In this document: positions 18,843-28,853 of the stretch, one piece after another | Numbering within the stretch: the stretch's first letter is position 1 | Layout of the letters: every line of letters begins with the position of its first letter | From: Patescibacteria group bacterium | Lineage (GTDB): Bacteria > Patescibacteriota > Minisyncoccia > Moranbacterales > UBA9337 | Direction of reading: 5' to 3' | Assembly: GCA_042569905.1 (NCBI GenBank) | Contig: JBHPHA010000004.1 | Coordinates: 1-63,303, forward strand | Length of the DNA stretch: 63,303 bases | The notes under the pieces: model-generated | What the model was told of the DNA's origin: nothing | The model's input: the letters and a program-made list of their open reading frames with translations, nothing else | Databases searched by the model: none | Made by a program: the position numbers and the translations under genes

Positions 18843-20042
18843 TTAGCAATACTTTTTGCCTCTCAGTCTATCTGGAAGATACTCTTGATCAGAGCTATCT
18901 TCTTTTGGTGTATATTTATATCCCTTGCTATAACCTAAATCCTTCATAAGCTTCGTAGGTGCATTTCTAATATGAAGCGGTACTGGAAGATTACCAAGTT
19001 TCTTCACATCCACCTGTGCCTTGTTATGCGCCTCATAAGCGGTGATGTCTTTCGGTGATTTTGAAAGATATATCGCACAATGCACTAAATGCACTCCACA
19101 CTCAGGCATCCCCAACTTTTGACAAGCTTCGAAAACTGAGTTCGCCAAAAGCAAAGCTGTATTATTCGCTAACCCAATATCCTCAGATGCAAATCTCACA
19201 AATCTCCTAGCAAGATAAATTGGGTCCTCTCCACCCTCAAGCATTCTCATTGTCCAATAAGTTGCAGCATCAGCATTTCCTCCTCGCATCGACTTATGCA
19301 GAGCAGAAATAACATCGAAATGCTCCTGACCATTTTTATCATAAACAAGACTGCTTTTTTGAAAAACCTGTGCAATAATATCTTCTGTGATTTCATCTCC
19401 CTGACTAGCGCAAATTTCCAAAGCATTAAGCGCGATCCTAGCATCTCCATTTGCCAACCCTGCTATTATATCTAAATTCTTCTTACTTACTTTTATTTTT
19501 TGATCACCTAGCCCTCTTTCATTTTTAAGGGCATTTTTAAGCATATTTACGATATCATCTTCTTTAAGATTATTCAAAACAAAAACCCTTGCCCTTGAGA
19601 GAAGCGCGGAATTGACCTCAAAACTTGGATTTTCTGTTGTAGCTCCAATCAACACAATCCCCCCTCTTTCAACATGGGGCAGTAACCTGTCTTGCTGAGC
19701 CTTATTCCATCTATGAATCTCGTCAATGAATAATATTGTTTTCATCCCCATTCGACTATTAGTTTCTGCAATAGCAACAACTTCTCTTAATCTCTTCACG
19801 CCACTGTCCACTGCACTAAGCTCAATAAACTCAGAATTAGTTTCATTAGCAATTACAGAAGCCAATGTTGTCTTTCCTGTCCCTGGAGGACCCCAAAAAA
19901 TCATTGAAAATACATTATCATTTTCAATTGCCTTTCTTAAGTATGAATTCTTCCCCACCAACTTTTCCTGCCCAAAAAACTCATCAAGAGTAATTGGTCT
20001 CATTCTACTTGCAAGTGGTGAGAAATTATTTTTATTTTCCAT
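18843..20042 (-). CDS. rarA: Replication-associated recombination protein A (AAA+ ATPase MgsA/RarA)
   Basis: [10 protein letters not shown].., [53 protein letters not shown]. Confidence 0.92.
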   Translation of the reverse strand: MENKNNFSPLASRMRPITLDEFFGQEKLVGKNSYLRKAIENDNVFSMIFWGPPGTGKTTLASVIANETNSEFIELSAVDSGVKRLREVVAIAETNSRMGMKTILFIDEIHRWNKAQQDRLLPHVERGGIVLIGATTENPSFEVNSALLSRARVFVLNNLKEDDIVNMLKNALKNERGLGDQKIKVSKKNLDIIAGLANGDARIALNALEICASQGDEITEDIIAQVFQKSSLVYDKNGQEHFDVISALHKSMRGGNADAATYWTMRMLEGGEDPIYLARRFVRFASEDIGLANNTALLLANSVFEACQKLGMPECGVHLVHCAIYLSKSPKDITAYEAHNKAQVDVKKLGNLPVPLHIRNAPTKLMKDLGYSKGYKYTPKEDSSDQEYLPDRLRGKKYC

Positions 20043-20112
20043 TTTATTTTAAAATTATTACTTCCCATCTTCTTAAATCCCAACTATCAACAGTGATATT
20101 ATATCACCAATA

Positions 20113-20155
20113 TAGAAAACAAAAAAGGTATTAATAATATTATTATTAATACCTT
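20113..20155 (-). terminator. Rho-independent terminator downstream of the two-gene orphan module
   Basis: Perfect 14-bp stem aaggtattaataat/attattaatacctt (20125-20138/20142-20155), followed on the minus strand by ttttgtttt. Confidence 0.7.
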
Positions 20156-20163
20156 ATACATAT

Positions 20164-20469
20164 TCATCTCCACCCCTTCGATAACCATTCGCTTAACTCA
20201 TTGCAGGTGTCAGCCACTTCCTCTCTCAGAAGAAAATTACCAATAAACTTAGAGAAATCTCCTTTAATCAATAACAGAGCAACCTCTCCTTCCATTTTTT
20301 CCTCATACTGTAGCTGATCAATGATCTCCTCTGTTACTATGTTCAAAAAGTATCTAAACTTTTCATAAACATCCGAAGGAACCACTGAGCTATAATGATT
20401 ATTTATCGCCCCGATACTATCAGCAATAATTTTCTCAACACAAGCTACGTTAAAAGCATTCGTTTTCAT
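20164..20469 (-). CDS. Hypothetical protein (101 aa)
   Basis: ATG 20467-20469 is preceded by aagagg. The TTG-extended start in the track overlaps the upstream stop. Ends in TGA. No family recognised. Confidence 0.5.
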   Translation of the reverse strand: MKTNAFNVACVEKIIADSIGAINNHYSSVVPSDVYEKFRYFLNIVTEEIIDQLQYEEKMEGEVALLLIKGDFSKFIGNFLLREEVADTCNELSEWLSKGWR

Positions 20470-20480
20470 ATCTCGCCTCT

Positions 20481-20678
20481 TCAATCATATGATCTTATGC
20501 ACGAGTCACATTTCTCTTCGCACAATAAAGGAAACTTCTTCTCCAATCTCACCTTCATCCATAGCCTCTCGTCTTGAACCAAATCAGCCTCTTCAGCTAT
20601 ACTAACACAGTCAGACAGTCTTTTAATCCTACCGACAATAATTTCCAGATCCTTTACTCTCTCAATATCGATATGCAT
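20481..20678 (-). CDS. Hypothetical small protein (65 aa) with a C-terminal Cys cluster
   Basis: Strong SD ggaggggg before ATG 20676-20678. C-terminal CEEKCDSC. Ends in TGA. Confidence 0.5.
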   Translation of the reverse strand: MHIDIERVKDLEIIVGRIKRLSDCVSIAEEADLVQDERLWMKVRLEKKFPLLCEEKCDSCIRSYD

Positions 20679-20833
20679 CTATTATTCCCCCTCCACAACA
20701 AGAAATAAAAAAGAACAATTTGTTTATAAAATTAAAATAACAACTATTTCAATTAAAGTCAATTCCTCGAAGTATAGACAAAGTCATATTAATCCTTTAA
20801 AGTTTAACTGCTAACATTAAATGATAATATTTT

Positions 20834-21658
20834 ATGGACAATCTTTATATAATAAAAATCGGAGGAAGCGTTCTGACCAAAAAAGATGCAAGGGGAATTC
20901 ACATACGACATTCTCTCATATTATCGATTGCAGAAAATATTAATAAAATCACTTCCAAACACAAGGATGTTCAACTTATACTTATTCATGGAGCAGGATC
21001 TGTTGGGCATAGACTTGCCAAAAAATACAACCTTGCTGATGGAGTTAACGGTAATTTGGAAAAATGGCACGGGGCACTGAAAGTCCGAGCTGGAATACAG
21101 GATCTTAATTTTATGATCTTTCAGTCATTTATTAATAATCATATTAATATCTCACCAATTCACACATCCTCTGTAATCATACAAAATAATAAGTCCATAA
21201 AAAAATTCAACTTAGACACAGTGAAGACTTCCCTGAAGAATAATTGCATTCCTATGCTTTACGGGGATATGGTTTTCGATGAAAAGCTAGATATGTCAGT
21301 ATGTTCTGGAGATACTATTGCTGCACATTTATCAGAAAAATTAAATATTAAAAAAATATTCTTTGCTTCTGATATCGGTGGAATATTCGAAAAAGACCCT
21401 CATATCCACAAGGATGCAAAACTAATCGAAAAAGTAACTTTTGAAGAAATATTTTCTAGTAAAAAAATTGATTTAAGCGAGTCACACAGCACTGATGTAA
21501 CTGGGGGTCTTTTTGGAAAAGTCTCAGCGTTTAAAAAAGCTGTTAATAAAAATAATTCATTAGAAGAAATCATTATTTTTAACGGACTTAAAGGAGAAAA
21601 CTATTCTAAGGTTTTCAACAATAAATTGAACTTAAAAACTTCTATAAAAATAAAATAA
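20834..21658 (+). CDS. Isopentenyl phosphate kinase (amino-acid kinase fold)
   Basis: IIKIGGSVLTKKD, LILIHGAGSVGH (the HGGGSFGH motif of IPK), YGDMVF, SGDTIAAHL, ASDIGGIFEKDP, TDVTGG. Same order and spacing as archaeal IPKs. Confidence 0.82.
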   Translation: MDNLYIIKIGGSVLTKKDARGIHIRHSLILSIAENINKITSKHKDVQLILIHGAGSVGHRLAKKYNLADGVNGNLEKWHGALKVRAGIQDLNFMIFQSFINNHINISPIHTSSVIIQNNKSIKKFNLDTVKTSLKNNCIPMLYGDMVFDEKLDMSVCSGDTIAAHLSEKLNIKKIFFASDIGGIFEKDPHIHKDAKLIEKVTFEEIFSSKKIDLSESHSTDVTGGLFGKVSAFKKAVNKNNSLEEIIIFNGLKGENYSKVFNNKLNLKTSIKIK

Positions 21659-21707
21659 GGACTAAGTGCATTGACTCAGACCTTATATGCATTTACTAAT
21701 AATCTCT

Positions 21708-22199
21708 CTACGCAGAACAGTTCATTGGATTATAATCCTTGAGTTTTTTTCTGTCGCGACAACATCTCACGAAATCCATATTATTAAAAATATTCACGAT
21801 TGGAACAACCTCTCTCCTTAAATGATTCTTCTCCAATAACTTATTAAGATGCATCCATCCTTCAAATTCAATATCAGAATCTCTTGGACATAATACAGGC
21901 TCTCCCTCTTCCATAAACAAAGCATAAAACATAGTAACGCTCACACTATGCTCAACATAAGGATCTTTGAACTTGCAGAAATGCGAGATTGATTCCGCAT
22001 CCAATCCTAGTTCCTCAAATACCAATCTTTTCAGAGCATCCTCATCGCTCTCACCTTTTTTCACTGTTTCCATAGGAAAAGCGAGCATTCCAGCTTCTTT
22101 TTTAATTTTGGGTTTAGGAATAAGCTCACGAATAATAGCTACCCTTCCTGCTGCTGAAACTAACAATAACCCAACACCATTAAGAATATTTTTTTTCAC
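21708..22199 (-). CDS. Nudix-like hydrolase (degenerate Nudix box)
   Basis: FPMETVKKGESDEDALKRLVFEELGL fits GX5EX7REUXEEXGU except that RE is replaced by RL. GTG start at 22197-22199 with a strong SD (gaggagg). Confidence 0.6.
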   Translation of the reverse strand: MKKNILNGVGLLLVSAAGRVAIIRELIPKPKIKKEAGMLAFPMETVKKGESDEDALKRLVFEELGLDAESISHFCKFKDPYVEHSVSVTMFYALFMEEGEPVLCPRDSDIEFEGWMHLNKLLEKNHLRREVVPIVNIFNNMDFVRCCRDRKKLKDYNPMNCSA

Positions 22200-22324
22200 A
22201 TTACCTCCTCATTCAATTCTTATCACCTTAACATTACCAACGAACCCACATTACCAATAATCAAAAAATATGTCAATAAAAAAACATTCTATTTGAACCC
22301 AATCATCAGCGTGTTTTTATTCTT

Positions 22325-23380
22325 TTAAAACTTTTCAATCTCTTTTAAAAATTCTTCAAGTAAATCCTTCTCATCGACCTTTTTTACAAGCTCGCCCTTT
22401 TTCATAATAAGCCCCACATCTTTTCCACCAACAATAGCTAAATCAGCCTCCTTAGCTTCACCAGGACCATTCACAACACATCCCATCACTGCCACCTTTA
22501 TATCCTTATCAATTACTTTGACCGCTTCCTCAACTTTGTTTGCGAGACTGATAATATTAATTTCAGTTCTTCCACAGGTAGGGCAACTTGTCACAGAAAT
22601 TCCAGTCTTTCTAAGCCCCAATGACTTAAGTATCTCCTCAGCAACTGCAATTTCCTCCACAGGATTTGCAGTCAAAGAAACCCTCATCGTATCACCAATT
22701 CCCTCATACAAGAGAATCCCTAATCCAACAGAAGATACTATTGTCCCCCGAAAGGAAGTTCCTGCTTCAGTAACTCCAATGTGCAAAGGATAATCAACCT
22801 TCTCAGACAAAAGTCGATAAGCTTCAACAGTTCTTTCAATATCAGAAGCCTTAAGAGAGACAGCAATGTCTTTAAAATTATATTTTTCCAAAATCTCAAT
22901 ATGACGCATCGCACTATCCACCATACCTTCTGCAGTAACTACCCCTTCATATTTCTCAAGAATATCTTTCTCCAATGAACCAGCGTTAACTCCAATACGA
23001 ATTGGAATACTTTTCTTTTGACACTCCCTCACAAGCATTGCTACTTTTTCTTCATTTCCAATATTTCCAGGATTTATTCTCAATTTATCAATTCCTTGAC
23101 GAATTACCTCCATAGCAAAATCAGCAGAAAAATGAATATCTGCCACTAACGGAATATTAATCTGCCTTTTAATTTCACCAATAGCTTTTGCGGCTTCCAT
23201 ATCAGGAATAGCCACACGTATAATCTCACATCCAGCCTGAGTAAGCTCTCTAATTTGACTCACAGTAGCATCAACGTCGCGAGTATCAGTGTTACACATG
23301 GATTGAATTGAGATTGGCGCATCTCCTCCAACATACACATCCCCTACTTTTATTTTTTTTGTTCTCTTTCTGTTTATCAT
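22325..23380 (-). CDS. ispG: 4-hydroxy-3-methylbut-2-en-1-yl diphosphate synthase (MEP pathway)
   Basis: KVGDVYVGGDAPISIQSM.NT, IIRVA, LHIGVTEAG, and [4Fe-4S] cysteines SCPTCGR ... GCVVNGPGE. Confidence 0.95.
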   Translation of the reverse strand: MINRKRTKKIKVGDVYVGGDAPISIQSMCNTDTRDVDATVSQIRELTQAGCEIIRVAIPDMEAAKAIGEIKRQINIPLVADIHFSADFAMEVIRQGIDKLRINPGNIGNEEKVAMLVRECQKKSIPIRIGVNAGSLEKDILEKYEGVVTAEGMVDSAMRHIEILEKYNFKDIAVSLKASDIERTVEAYRLLSEKVDYPLHIGVTEAGTSFRGTIVSSVGLGILLYEGIGDTMRVSLTANPVEEIAVAEEILKSLGLRKTGISVTSCPTCGRTEINIISLANKVEEAVKVIDKDIKVAVMGCVVNGPGEAKEADLAIVGGKDVGLIMKKGELVKKVDEKDLLEEFLKEIEKF

Positions 23381-23441
23381 AGTTTTAAGGTAAATAATTA
23401 CACTTTATTTCTATTTTTCAAGTATCTGTCTCAAACCCCCT

Positions 23442-24509
23442 CTATAACTCTCTATTGGCCATATAATCCGCAATACCTATCAAGAAATCATTAGGCTCTT
23501 TTGGTATCTCAAGCTTTTCAACTTCTTTTTTACCTTCTAATATATATTTCTCCGCTAGATTCTTTGAGTATTCCAGCGCTCCACTCTCATTGATGGCTAG
23601 TTTAAATCGCTCAATTTCATCAACAGAAAGATTCTTCTTGCCCAGTAAGTTACTTACGATTTTTCTTTGTTCACTGTTCCCTAATTCCAAAGCTTTTACC
23701 ACTAATATCGTTTGCTTTCCTTCTTCAATATCAGAGCCTAACGGTTTCCCTATTTTCTTCTCTGAACCAAAAACACCTAGAATATCATCCTGAATTTGAA
23801 ATGCAATCCCCAATGGTATAGCCAACTCAGTAAATCCCTTCAATAATTCGCTATCGCCTCCTGCTAAAATAGCCCCTGTGTGCAGAGGTCCTTCTATTGT
23901 ATATTTAGCGGTTTTGTTCCTATAGACCTCTATTACTTCTTCTTCAGTAGCCTTTCCTCTGTATTCAATGTGAACATCTTGAGCTTCACCAACAATAGTA
24001 ACAGCAACAATTGACTGCAAATTATTTAATGCCTTCAAAATCAATTCGGCACTAAAGCCAGAATTATACAAAGCCATACTTGCCATTGCATGCAACATAT
24101 CTCCTGCAATTATAGCTATTGAATTTCCGAAATGTTGATGATCTTTTTTCAAATTAATCTTTCTTCCTAATTCAGCATACTTCACGTGAGTCGTTGTAAC
24201 TCCATGTCTCTTATCATCTCTATCAATAATGTCATCATGAATTAATAGAAAAGATTGAAGAAGCTCTATACTTATTACTGCCTTCATTATTTTTTCATCT
24301 TTTGACCCTCCTGCTGCCAAATAGCCATAATACATAAGAGCTGGTCGCAATCTTTTTCCTCCAGAAAGAGTTATTTTATTCACGTGCTTCAATACACCTA
24401 TAACCAACTGGTCTTGCTCACTCACCTCATCAACTCTTTTATCCAAAAAAGCTTTCAATATCACATCAAACTCATCCTTAAAAATCTTTAGTTTTTTTTT
24501 AATATCCAT
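23442..24509 (-). CDS. trans-Polyprenyl diphosphate synthase (FPP/GGPP synthase family)
   Basis: First DDxxD region LIHDDIIDRDDKRHG and second FQIQDDILG, with KPLGSDIEEGKQT. Confidence 0.9.
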   Translation of the reverse strand: MDIKKKLKIFKDEFDVILKAFLDKRVDEVSEQDQLVIGVLKHVNKITLSGGKRLRPALMYYGYLAAGGSKDEKIMKAVISIELLQSFLLIHDDIIDRDDKRHGVTTTHVKYAELGRKINLKKDHQHFGNSIAIIAGDMLHAMASMALYNSGFSAELILKALNNLQSIVAVTIVGEAQDVHIEYRGKATEEEVIEVYRNKTAKYTIEGPLHTGAILAGGDSELLKGFTELAIPLGIAFQIQDDILGVFGSEKKIGKPLGSDIEEGKQTILVVKALELGNSEQRKIVSNLLGKKNLSVDEIERFKLAINESGALEYSKNLAEKYILEGKKEVEKLEIPKEPNDFLIGIADYMANREL

Positions 24510-24518
24510 AAATATTTT

Positions 24519-26402
24519 TTAATTATTTCTTTGATTAAAATACCAATCATAAACCTCATTTGTAATCGGAACAGCATTGTACGTGTTATCAGTTTGTCCT
24601 TCAACTAACACAACCATAGCAATCTCTGGATTCTCATATGGCGCGTAAGAAACAAACCACCCATGAGTTTTATCTCCCCCACCATACTGAGCCGTTCCTG
24701 TTTTTCCAGCAACCTTAATATTCATACCATTCAATGACATTGCGGTTCCATCAGTAACAGTCATACGCATACCTTCTTGTACCACCTTCAATATATCCTT
24801 GTCAATAATATTCTTTTTGACAATCTTTGGCTTATTATTCACAACACCATCCTTAGTCTTAATCTGAGAAACTACTCGAGGCTGATACAGCACACCATTG
24901 TTTGCAATAGCCGAGGTATATACTGCCAGCTGAAGTGGTGTTGTGGTCACATAGCCTTGCCCAATTGAAGCATGGTAACTATTTCCCTGATACCATTTCT
25001 CACCAATCACTCTCATCTTCCACTCTTTATCAGGAATAAAACCTTCCTCTTCATTAGGAAGATCCACATTAGTTAACTGACCTAATCCAAACATTTCCTC
25101 ATACTTTTTCATCCTACTCATGCCCAGTCCTTTAATATTACCATATCCACCGCCAATTGAGTAAAAATAAACATCACTAGAAACAGCAATAGCTCTTCTC
25201 ATATCAGTCATGCCATGAACTTTCCAGTCACCAAAGAAATAACTTCCAACTTGAATCCCACCTCTACTCTCAATTTGAGTGTGCTCGTCTATAACACCTT
25301 CTGAAAGTGCTGCTGCTGCTATTAAAGGCTTTATTGTTGATCCTGGCGGATACTCCCCTGAAACTACTCTATTAAACATCGGGCGCAAAGAATTGTTTAT
25401 AATGCTACTATAATCTTTCTGAGATATTCCTCCAGAAAAAAGATTATTATCAAAACTAGGCACACTCACCAAAGCTAAAATCTCTCCGTTATTTGGATTC
25501 ATTGCGATTCCAGAAGCAACTTTCAAATCCTCCTTTTCTAAGGTCGATGTTATACTGTCAAACAATTTTTTTTGAAGCTCAGCATCAATATTTAAAAATA
25601 TATCGCTACCTGGTGCAGGAGGGACCATTTCTAATTCCCTCTTGGCTCTACCCAGCGAATCAACCTCTATCTTCCTCGCTCCATACTCACCTCGCAAATA
25701 CTTTTCATAATATTTTTCAATTCCCTGCTTTCCAATTGAATCTGTTAACAAATAATTATCTCTTGTCTTCAGCTCTTCTGGTTTAATTTTACCTTCATAA
25801 CCTAATATATGTGAAAAGATAACGCTATCCACATAACTTCTGATAGCTGTCTTTTCAATAAAAAGTCCTGGGAATTTTGACAGAATCTCAGCTACTCTTA
25901 GCGCATTATCCTGAGTAATATTTCCCTTTAATAGCACTGGTTTTGCTGTCTTGCTTTTTATTGAAAAAATAACATCCCTAAATTCATCCTCTGATGTGTT
26001 AAATATTTTTACCAACTCCCTTAACATTTTTGACCTATCTTCTTCGCTGTCACTCAGGTCACTTGGAATAATAACCAAATCTAAACTCGGAATATTATAG
26101 ACGAGCGGTTTTCCAAATCTGTCATAGATATTTCCTCGAGGAGCCTTGATTACCACGTTTCTTGTTTTATTACTTGAAGCCAAGTTATCATAATGAGTAC
26201 CCTGTACTATAGTGAGATAAAAAATCCTAGAAACCATAACAAAAACCATCAGTACTGAAATATACCAAAAAACACTTAATAACTTATTATTAAATGGATA
26301 TTCGATTCTTCCGCAATCCTCTTCGCTACTAAGTAAGGATTCTTCAACTTCAAATCCTCGATCTCTTCTTTTTACAAAATATTTATTTCTTTCAAAAAGC
26401 AT
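24519..26402 (-). CDS. mrdA: Penicillin-binding protein 2 (elongasome transpeptidase)
   Basis: N-terminal TM plus dimerisation domain. PGSTIKP (SxxK), SSD (SxN-like) and KTGTA motifs. Confidence 0.92.
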   Translation of the reverse strand: MLFERNKYFVKRRDRGFEVEESLLSSEEDCGRIEYPFNNKLLSVFWYISVLMVFVMVSRIFYLTIVQGTHYDNLASSNKTRNVVIKAPRGNIYDRFGKPLVYNIPSLDLVIIPSDLSDSEEDRSKMLRELVKIFNTSEDEFRDVIFSIKSKTAKPVLLKGNITQDNALRVAEILSKFPGLFIEKTAIRSYVDSVIFSHILGYEGKIKPEELKTRDNYLLTDSIGKQGIEKYYEKYLRGEYGARKIEVDSLGRAKRELEMVPPAPGSDIFLNIDAELQKKLFDSITSTLEKEDLKVASGIAMNPNNGEILALVSVPSFDNNLFSGGISQKDYSSIINNSLRPMFNRVVSGEYPPGSTIKPLIAAAALSEGVIDEHTQIESRGGIQVGSYFFGDWKVHGMTDMRRAIAVSSDVYFYSIGGGYGNIKGLGMSRMKKYEEMFGLGQLTNVDLPNEEEGFIPDKEWKMRVIGEKWYQGNSYHASIGQGYVTTTPLQLAVYTSAIANNGVLYQPRVVSQIKTKDGVVNNKPKIVKKNIIDKDILKVVQEGMRMTVTDGTAMSLNGMNIKVAGKTGTAQYGGGDKTHGWFVSYAPYENPEIAMVVLVEGQTDNTYNAVPITNEVYDWYFNQRNN

Positions 26403-26413
26403 TATTCAAAAAA

Positions 26414-26947
26414 TTAAAAACTAGATTTATTATGAAAAAGAATATTCCTATCAATCTTTTCTAAAAAACTATTAATAATATAAAATACTAATAAATTAAA
26501 ACATGTTTGGAGAAATATTATCCTTAAAAAGACCCAAAAATAACTCCTTAAATGAATGATATTCATCAAAGAAAATTCATCACCCCAAATAATATTAGAA
26601 AAATTATAAAAAACAGTTATGACAAACAGTAAAAAAAATACAACTCCAACCCTCTTCTCATTTTGACTCAGCAAAAACCCTCTTGAGAGAAAGCTAGTTA
26701 GATATGCAGCAATAATAAAAATAATAACATTCTTGCCAATAACAGAAAAAGAAAAAATGTCCGCTAGTACTCCTATAAAAATTACCCAGGGCCAGCTTTT
26801 ATTGAAATCATTATTAACAACATACACTACGACAGCAGTCAGGATGATACTCGGAACATTATATCCAGCAAAAGCATGATTCAAAAAAGAGTATTGAAAG
26901 AGAACCAATACAACAACTGCAAATAATTTCAAAAAATATACCAACAT
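26414..26947 (-). CDS. mreD: Rod shape-determining protein MreD-like membrane protein
   Basis: 177 aa with about 5 TMs. Positioned between mreC and mrdA. The call rests on position and topology only. Confidence 0.6.
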   Translation of the reverse strand: MLVYFLKLFAVVVLVLFQYSFLNHAFAGYNVPSIILTAVVVYVVNNDFNKSWPWVIFIGVLADIFSFSVIGKNVIIFIIAAYLTSFLSRGFLLSQNEKRVGVVFFLLFVITVFYNFSNIIWGDEFSLMNIIHLRSYFWVFLRIIFLQTCFNLLVFYIINSFLEKIDRNILFHNKSSF

Positions 26948-26957
26948 AATACACTCC

Positions 26958-27758
26958 CTATTTAACTATAAAGACAATGTCCAAACTAGAAAAATCAACT
27001 GGTGACGCAACAACAGCCTGTTGAAACAGGTGGTCACTAGACGGTCGAACTTCCTTTATTGTTCCTATTAAAAATCCCTCAGGAATACTCCCTATTTCAG
27101 ATGTAGTCACGGTGTCGCCGATCTTTAAATTGCTTGTTTGCAGCACCATATCTAAAACCAATCCCAATCCATATTCCCCCCTGATAACACCCTTAGCATC
27201 TGTATCTACTGTTATCGCGTTTACTGTGCTCGTAGCGTTAGTAATGAATGATATTTTTGAATTCTTAGGAAGAACCTCCGCAACTCTTCCAACCAACACA
27301 CTGTCAGAAATAACAACAGGCATATCTTCTTGAATTCCATATTCGCTACCCTTATCAACAACAATCCAGTCATTTAGACCCTCTGTACCTCTTCCAGTAA
27401 TTTGAGCTGATTCCAGATCAAATCTACTCAACGGCAAGAGTTTTAACTGATCTCTTAAAAATTCATTTTCTTTTTCTTTATTTTTCAACCTAACATTCTC
27501 CGCTTTTAGTGAAAGATTTTCCTGTGACAATTCTACATTTTTTTCCTTCAAATCTCCGATTGAGGTAATGGTAGAAGTAGCACCAGAAAACTTCTCAGCT
27601 GAAACTTGAAAAATCCTGCTAATAAAATATGTCACGCCAAACACAGAAGAACGTACCCCACTAAAAAAATTGCTTGGATTCCATATGACTAGCAATCCAA
27701 ATACAAATACAATAACAATAACTCTAAATATCTTTTTACTAAAAAAGCTTTCTGACAT
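26958..27758 (-). CDS. mreC: Rod shape-determining protein MreC
   Basis: N-terminal TM, coiled coil (LKEKNVELSQENLSLKAENVRLKNKEKENEFL), then beta-barrel region ..VVISDSVLVGRV..G.IPEGFLIGT. Confidence 0.85.
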   Translation of the reverse strand: MSESFFSKKIFRVIVIVFVFGLLVIWNPSNFFSGVRSSVFGVTYFISRIFQVSAEKFSGATSTITSIGDLKEKNVELSQENLSLKAENVRLKNKEKENEFLRDQLKLLPLSRFDLESAQITGRGTEGLNDWIVVDKGSEYGIQEDMPVVISDSVLVGRVAEVLPKNSKISFITNATSTVNAITVDTDAKGVIRGEYGLGLVLDMVLQTSNLKIGDTVTTSEIGSIPEGFLIGTIKEVRPSSDHLFQQAVVASPVDFSSLDIVFIVK

Positions 27759-27767
27759 ATCGTTGCT

Positions 27768-28853
27768 CTATTTAAAAGGCTTTTCATTATACTGACTATC
27801 GATTAAAACTTCTTTCAGATTAACCAAATCATCAAGAACAATTCCTGTCCCCCTAGCAACTGCTGTAAGAGGGTCTTCCATCATTCTTACTGGCATGTCA
27901 GTTTGATTTGCAATAGCTTTATCTAGCCCTTTAATCAAGCTTCCTCCACCCGCCAAGATTATTCCTCTCTGCATAATATCAGAGATTAGTTCAGGTGGAG
28001 TTTCTTCTATAATAGTTTTTACGCTGTTTATTATAATTCTAATTGAACGAGAAATAGCCTCGCGAATATCTTCATCACTCACAGTAATCTCCTTAGGTAA
28101 TCCACTCACCAAATCTCTTCCCCTAACTTTCATTGTGATGCTTTTTTTCAAAGGATGTGCACTTCCAATTGCAATTTTTGTCTCTTCTGCTGTTTTTTCT
28201 CCAATAAGTAAATTGAATTCATCACGGCAATATCTCACAATATCCTCATTCATTTCGTCACCAGCTATTCTCAAGCTTTTTGCAGCCACAACTCCTCCCA
28301 ATGAAATCACAGCAATTTCAGAAGTTCCTCCTCCAATATCCACAATCATATTTCCAGCAGCGTTTGTCACTGGAAGTCGTGCTCCAATAGCCGCAGCCAT
28401 AGGCTCATCAATAACATAAGCTTCCCTTGCTCCAGCACTCATAGTTGCATCAATTACAGCTCTCTTCTCAACTTCTGTAACACCTGAAGGAATTCCAACC
28501 AACACTCTTGGACGAGGCAAAATAGAGAAAGATTCTCTATGCACCTTATTAATAAAATATTTCAACATTTGAGCAGTAACCTCAAAGTCACTTACAACTC
28601 CATCAACCAATGGACGAGTAGCTACAATATGCCCAGGTGTCTTTCCTACCATCTTCTTAGCCTCCTTTCCAATAGCTAAAACCTGCCCCGTTCTCTTGTT
28701 AATCGCCACAACAGACGGCTCATTAATAACAATCCCTTTACCGCTAACATACACTAGCGTATTAGCAGTACCCAAATCAATTCCGATATCCTTAGAAAAA
28801 CGACCAAAAATCTTTCCGGTCAAATTTCTGTACAAATTCCTACTATTAAACAT
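27768..28853 (-). CDS. mreB: Rod shape-determining actin homologue MreB
   Basis: DIGIDLGTANTLVY, VIDEPMAAAIGA, IVDIGGGTSEIAVIS, ILAGGGSLIKGLD. Start set to ATG 28851-28853 (MFNSRN..). Confidence 0.95.
   Translation of the reverse strand: MFNSRNLYRNLTGKIFGRFSKDIGIDLGTANTLVYVSGKGIVINEPSVVAINKRTGQVLAIGKEAKKMVGKTPGHIVATRPLVDGVVSDFEVTAQMLKYFINKVHRESFSILPRPRVLVGIPSGVTEVEKRAVIDATMSAGAREAYVIDEPMAAAIGARLPVTNAAGNMIVDIGGGTSEIAVISLGGVVAAKSLRIAGDEMNEDIVRYCRDEFNLLIGEKTAEETKIAIGSAHPLKKSITMKVRGRDLVSGLPKEITVSDEDIREAISRSIRIIINSVKTIIEETPPELISDIMQRGIILAGGGSLIKGLDKAIANQTDMPVRMMEDPLTAVARGTGIVLDDLVNLKEVLIDSQYNEKPFK

Noticed and set aside
21708-22199. Assignment of the Nudix-like protein as type-1 isopentenyl-diphosphate isomerase, which is also a Nudix-fold enzyme.
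   Set aside because: The IDI-1 catalytic Cys/Glu motifs (for example the TNxxC.HP-type segment) are not present. Only a generic, partly degenerate Nudix box is visible.
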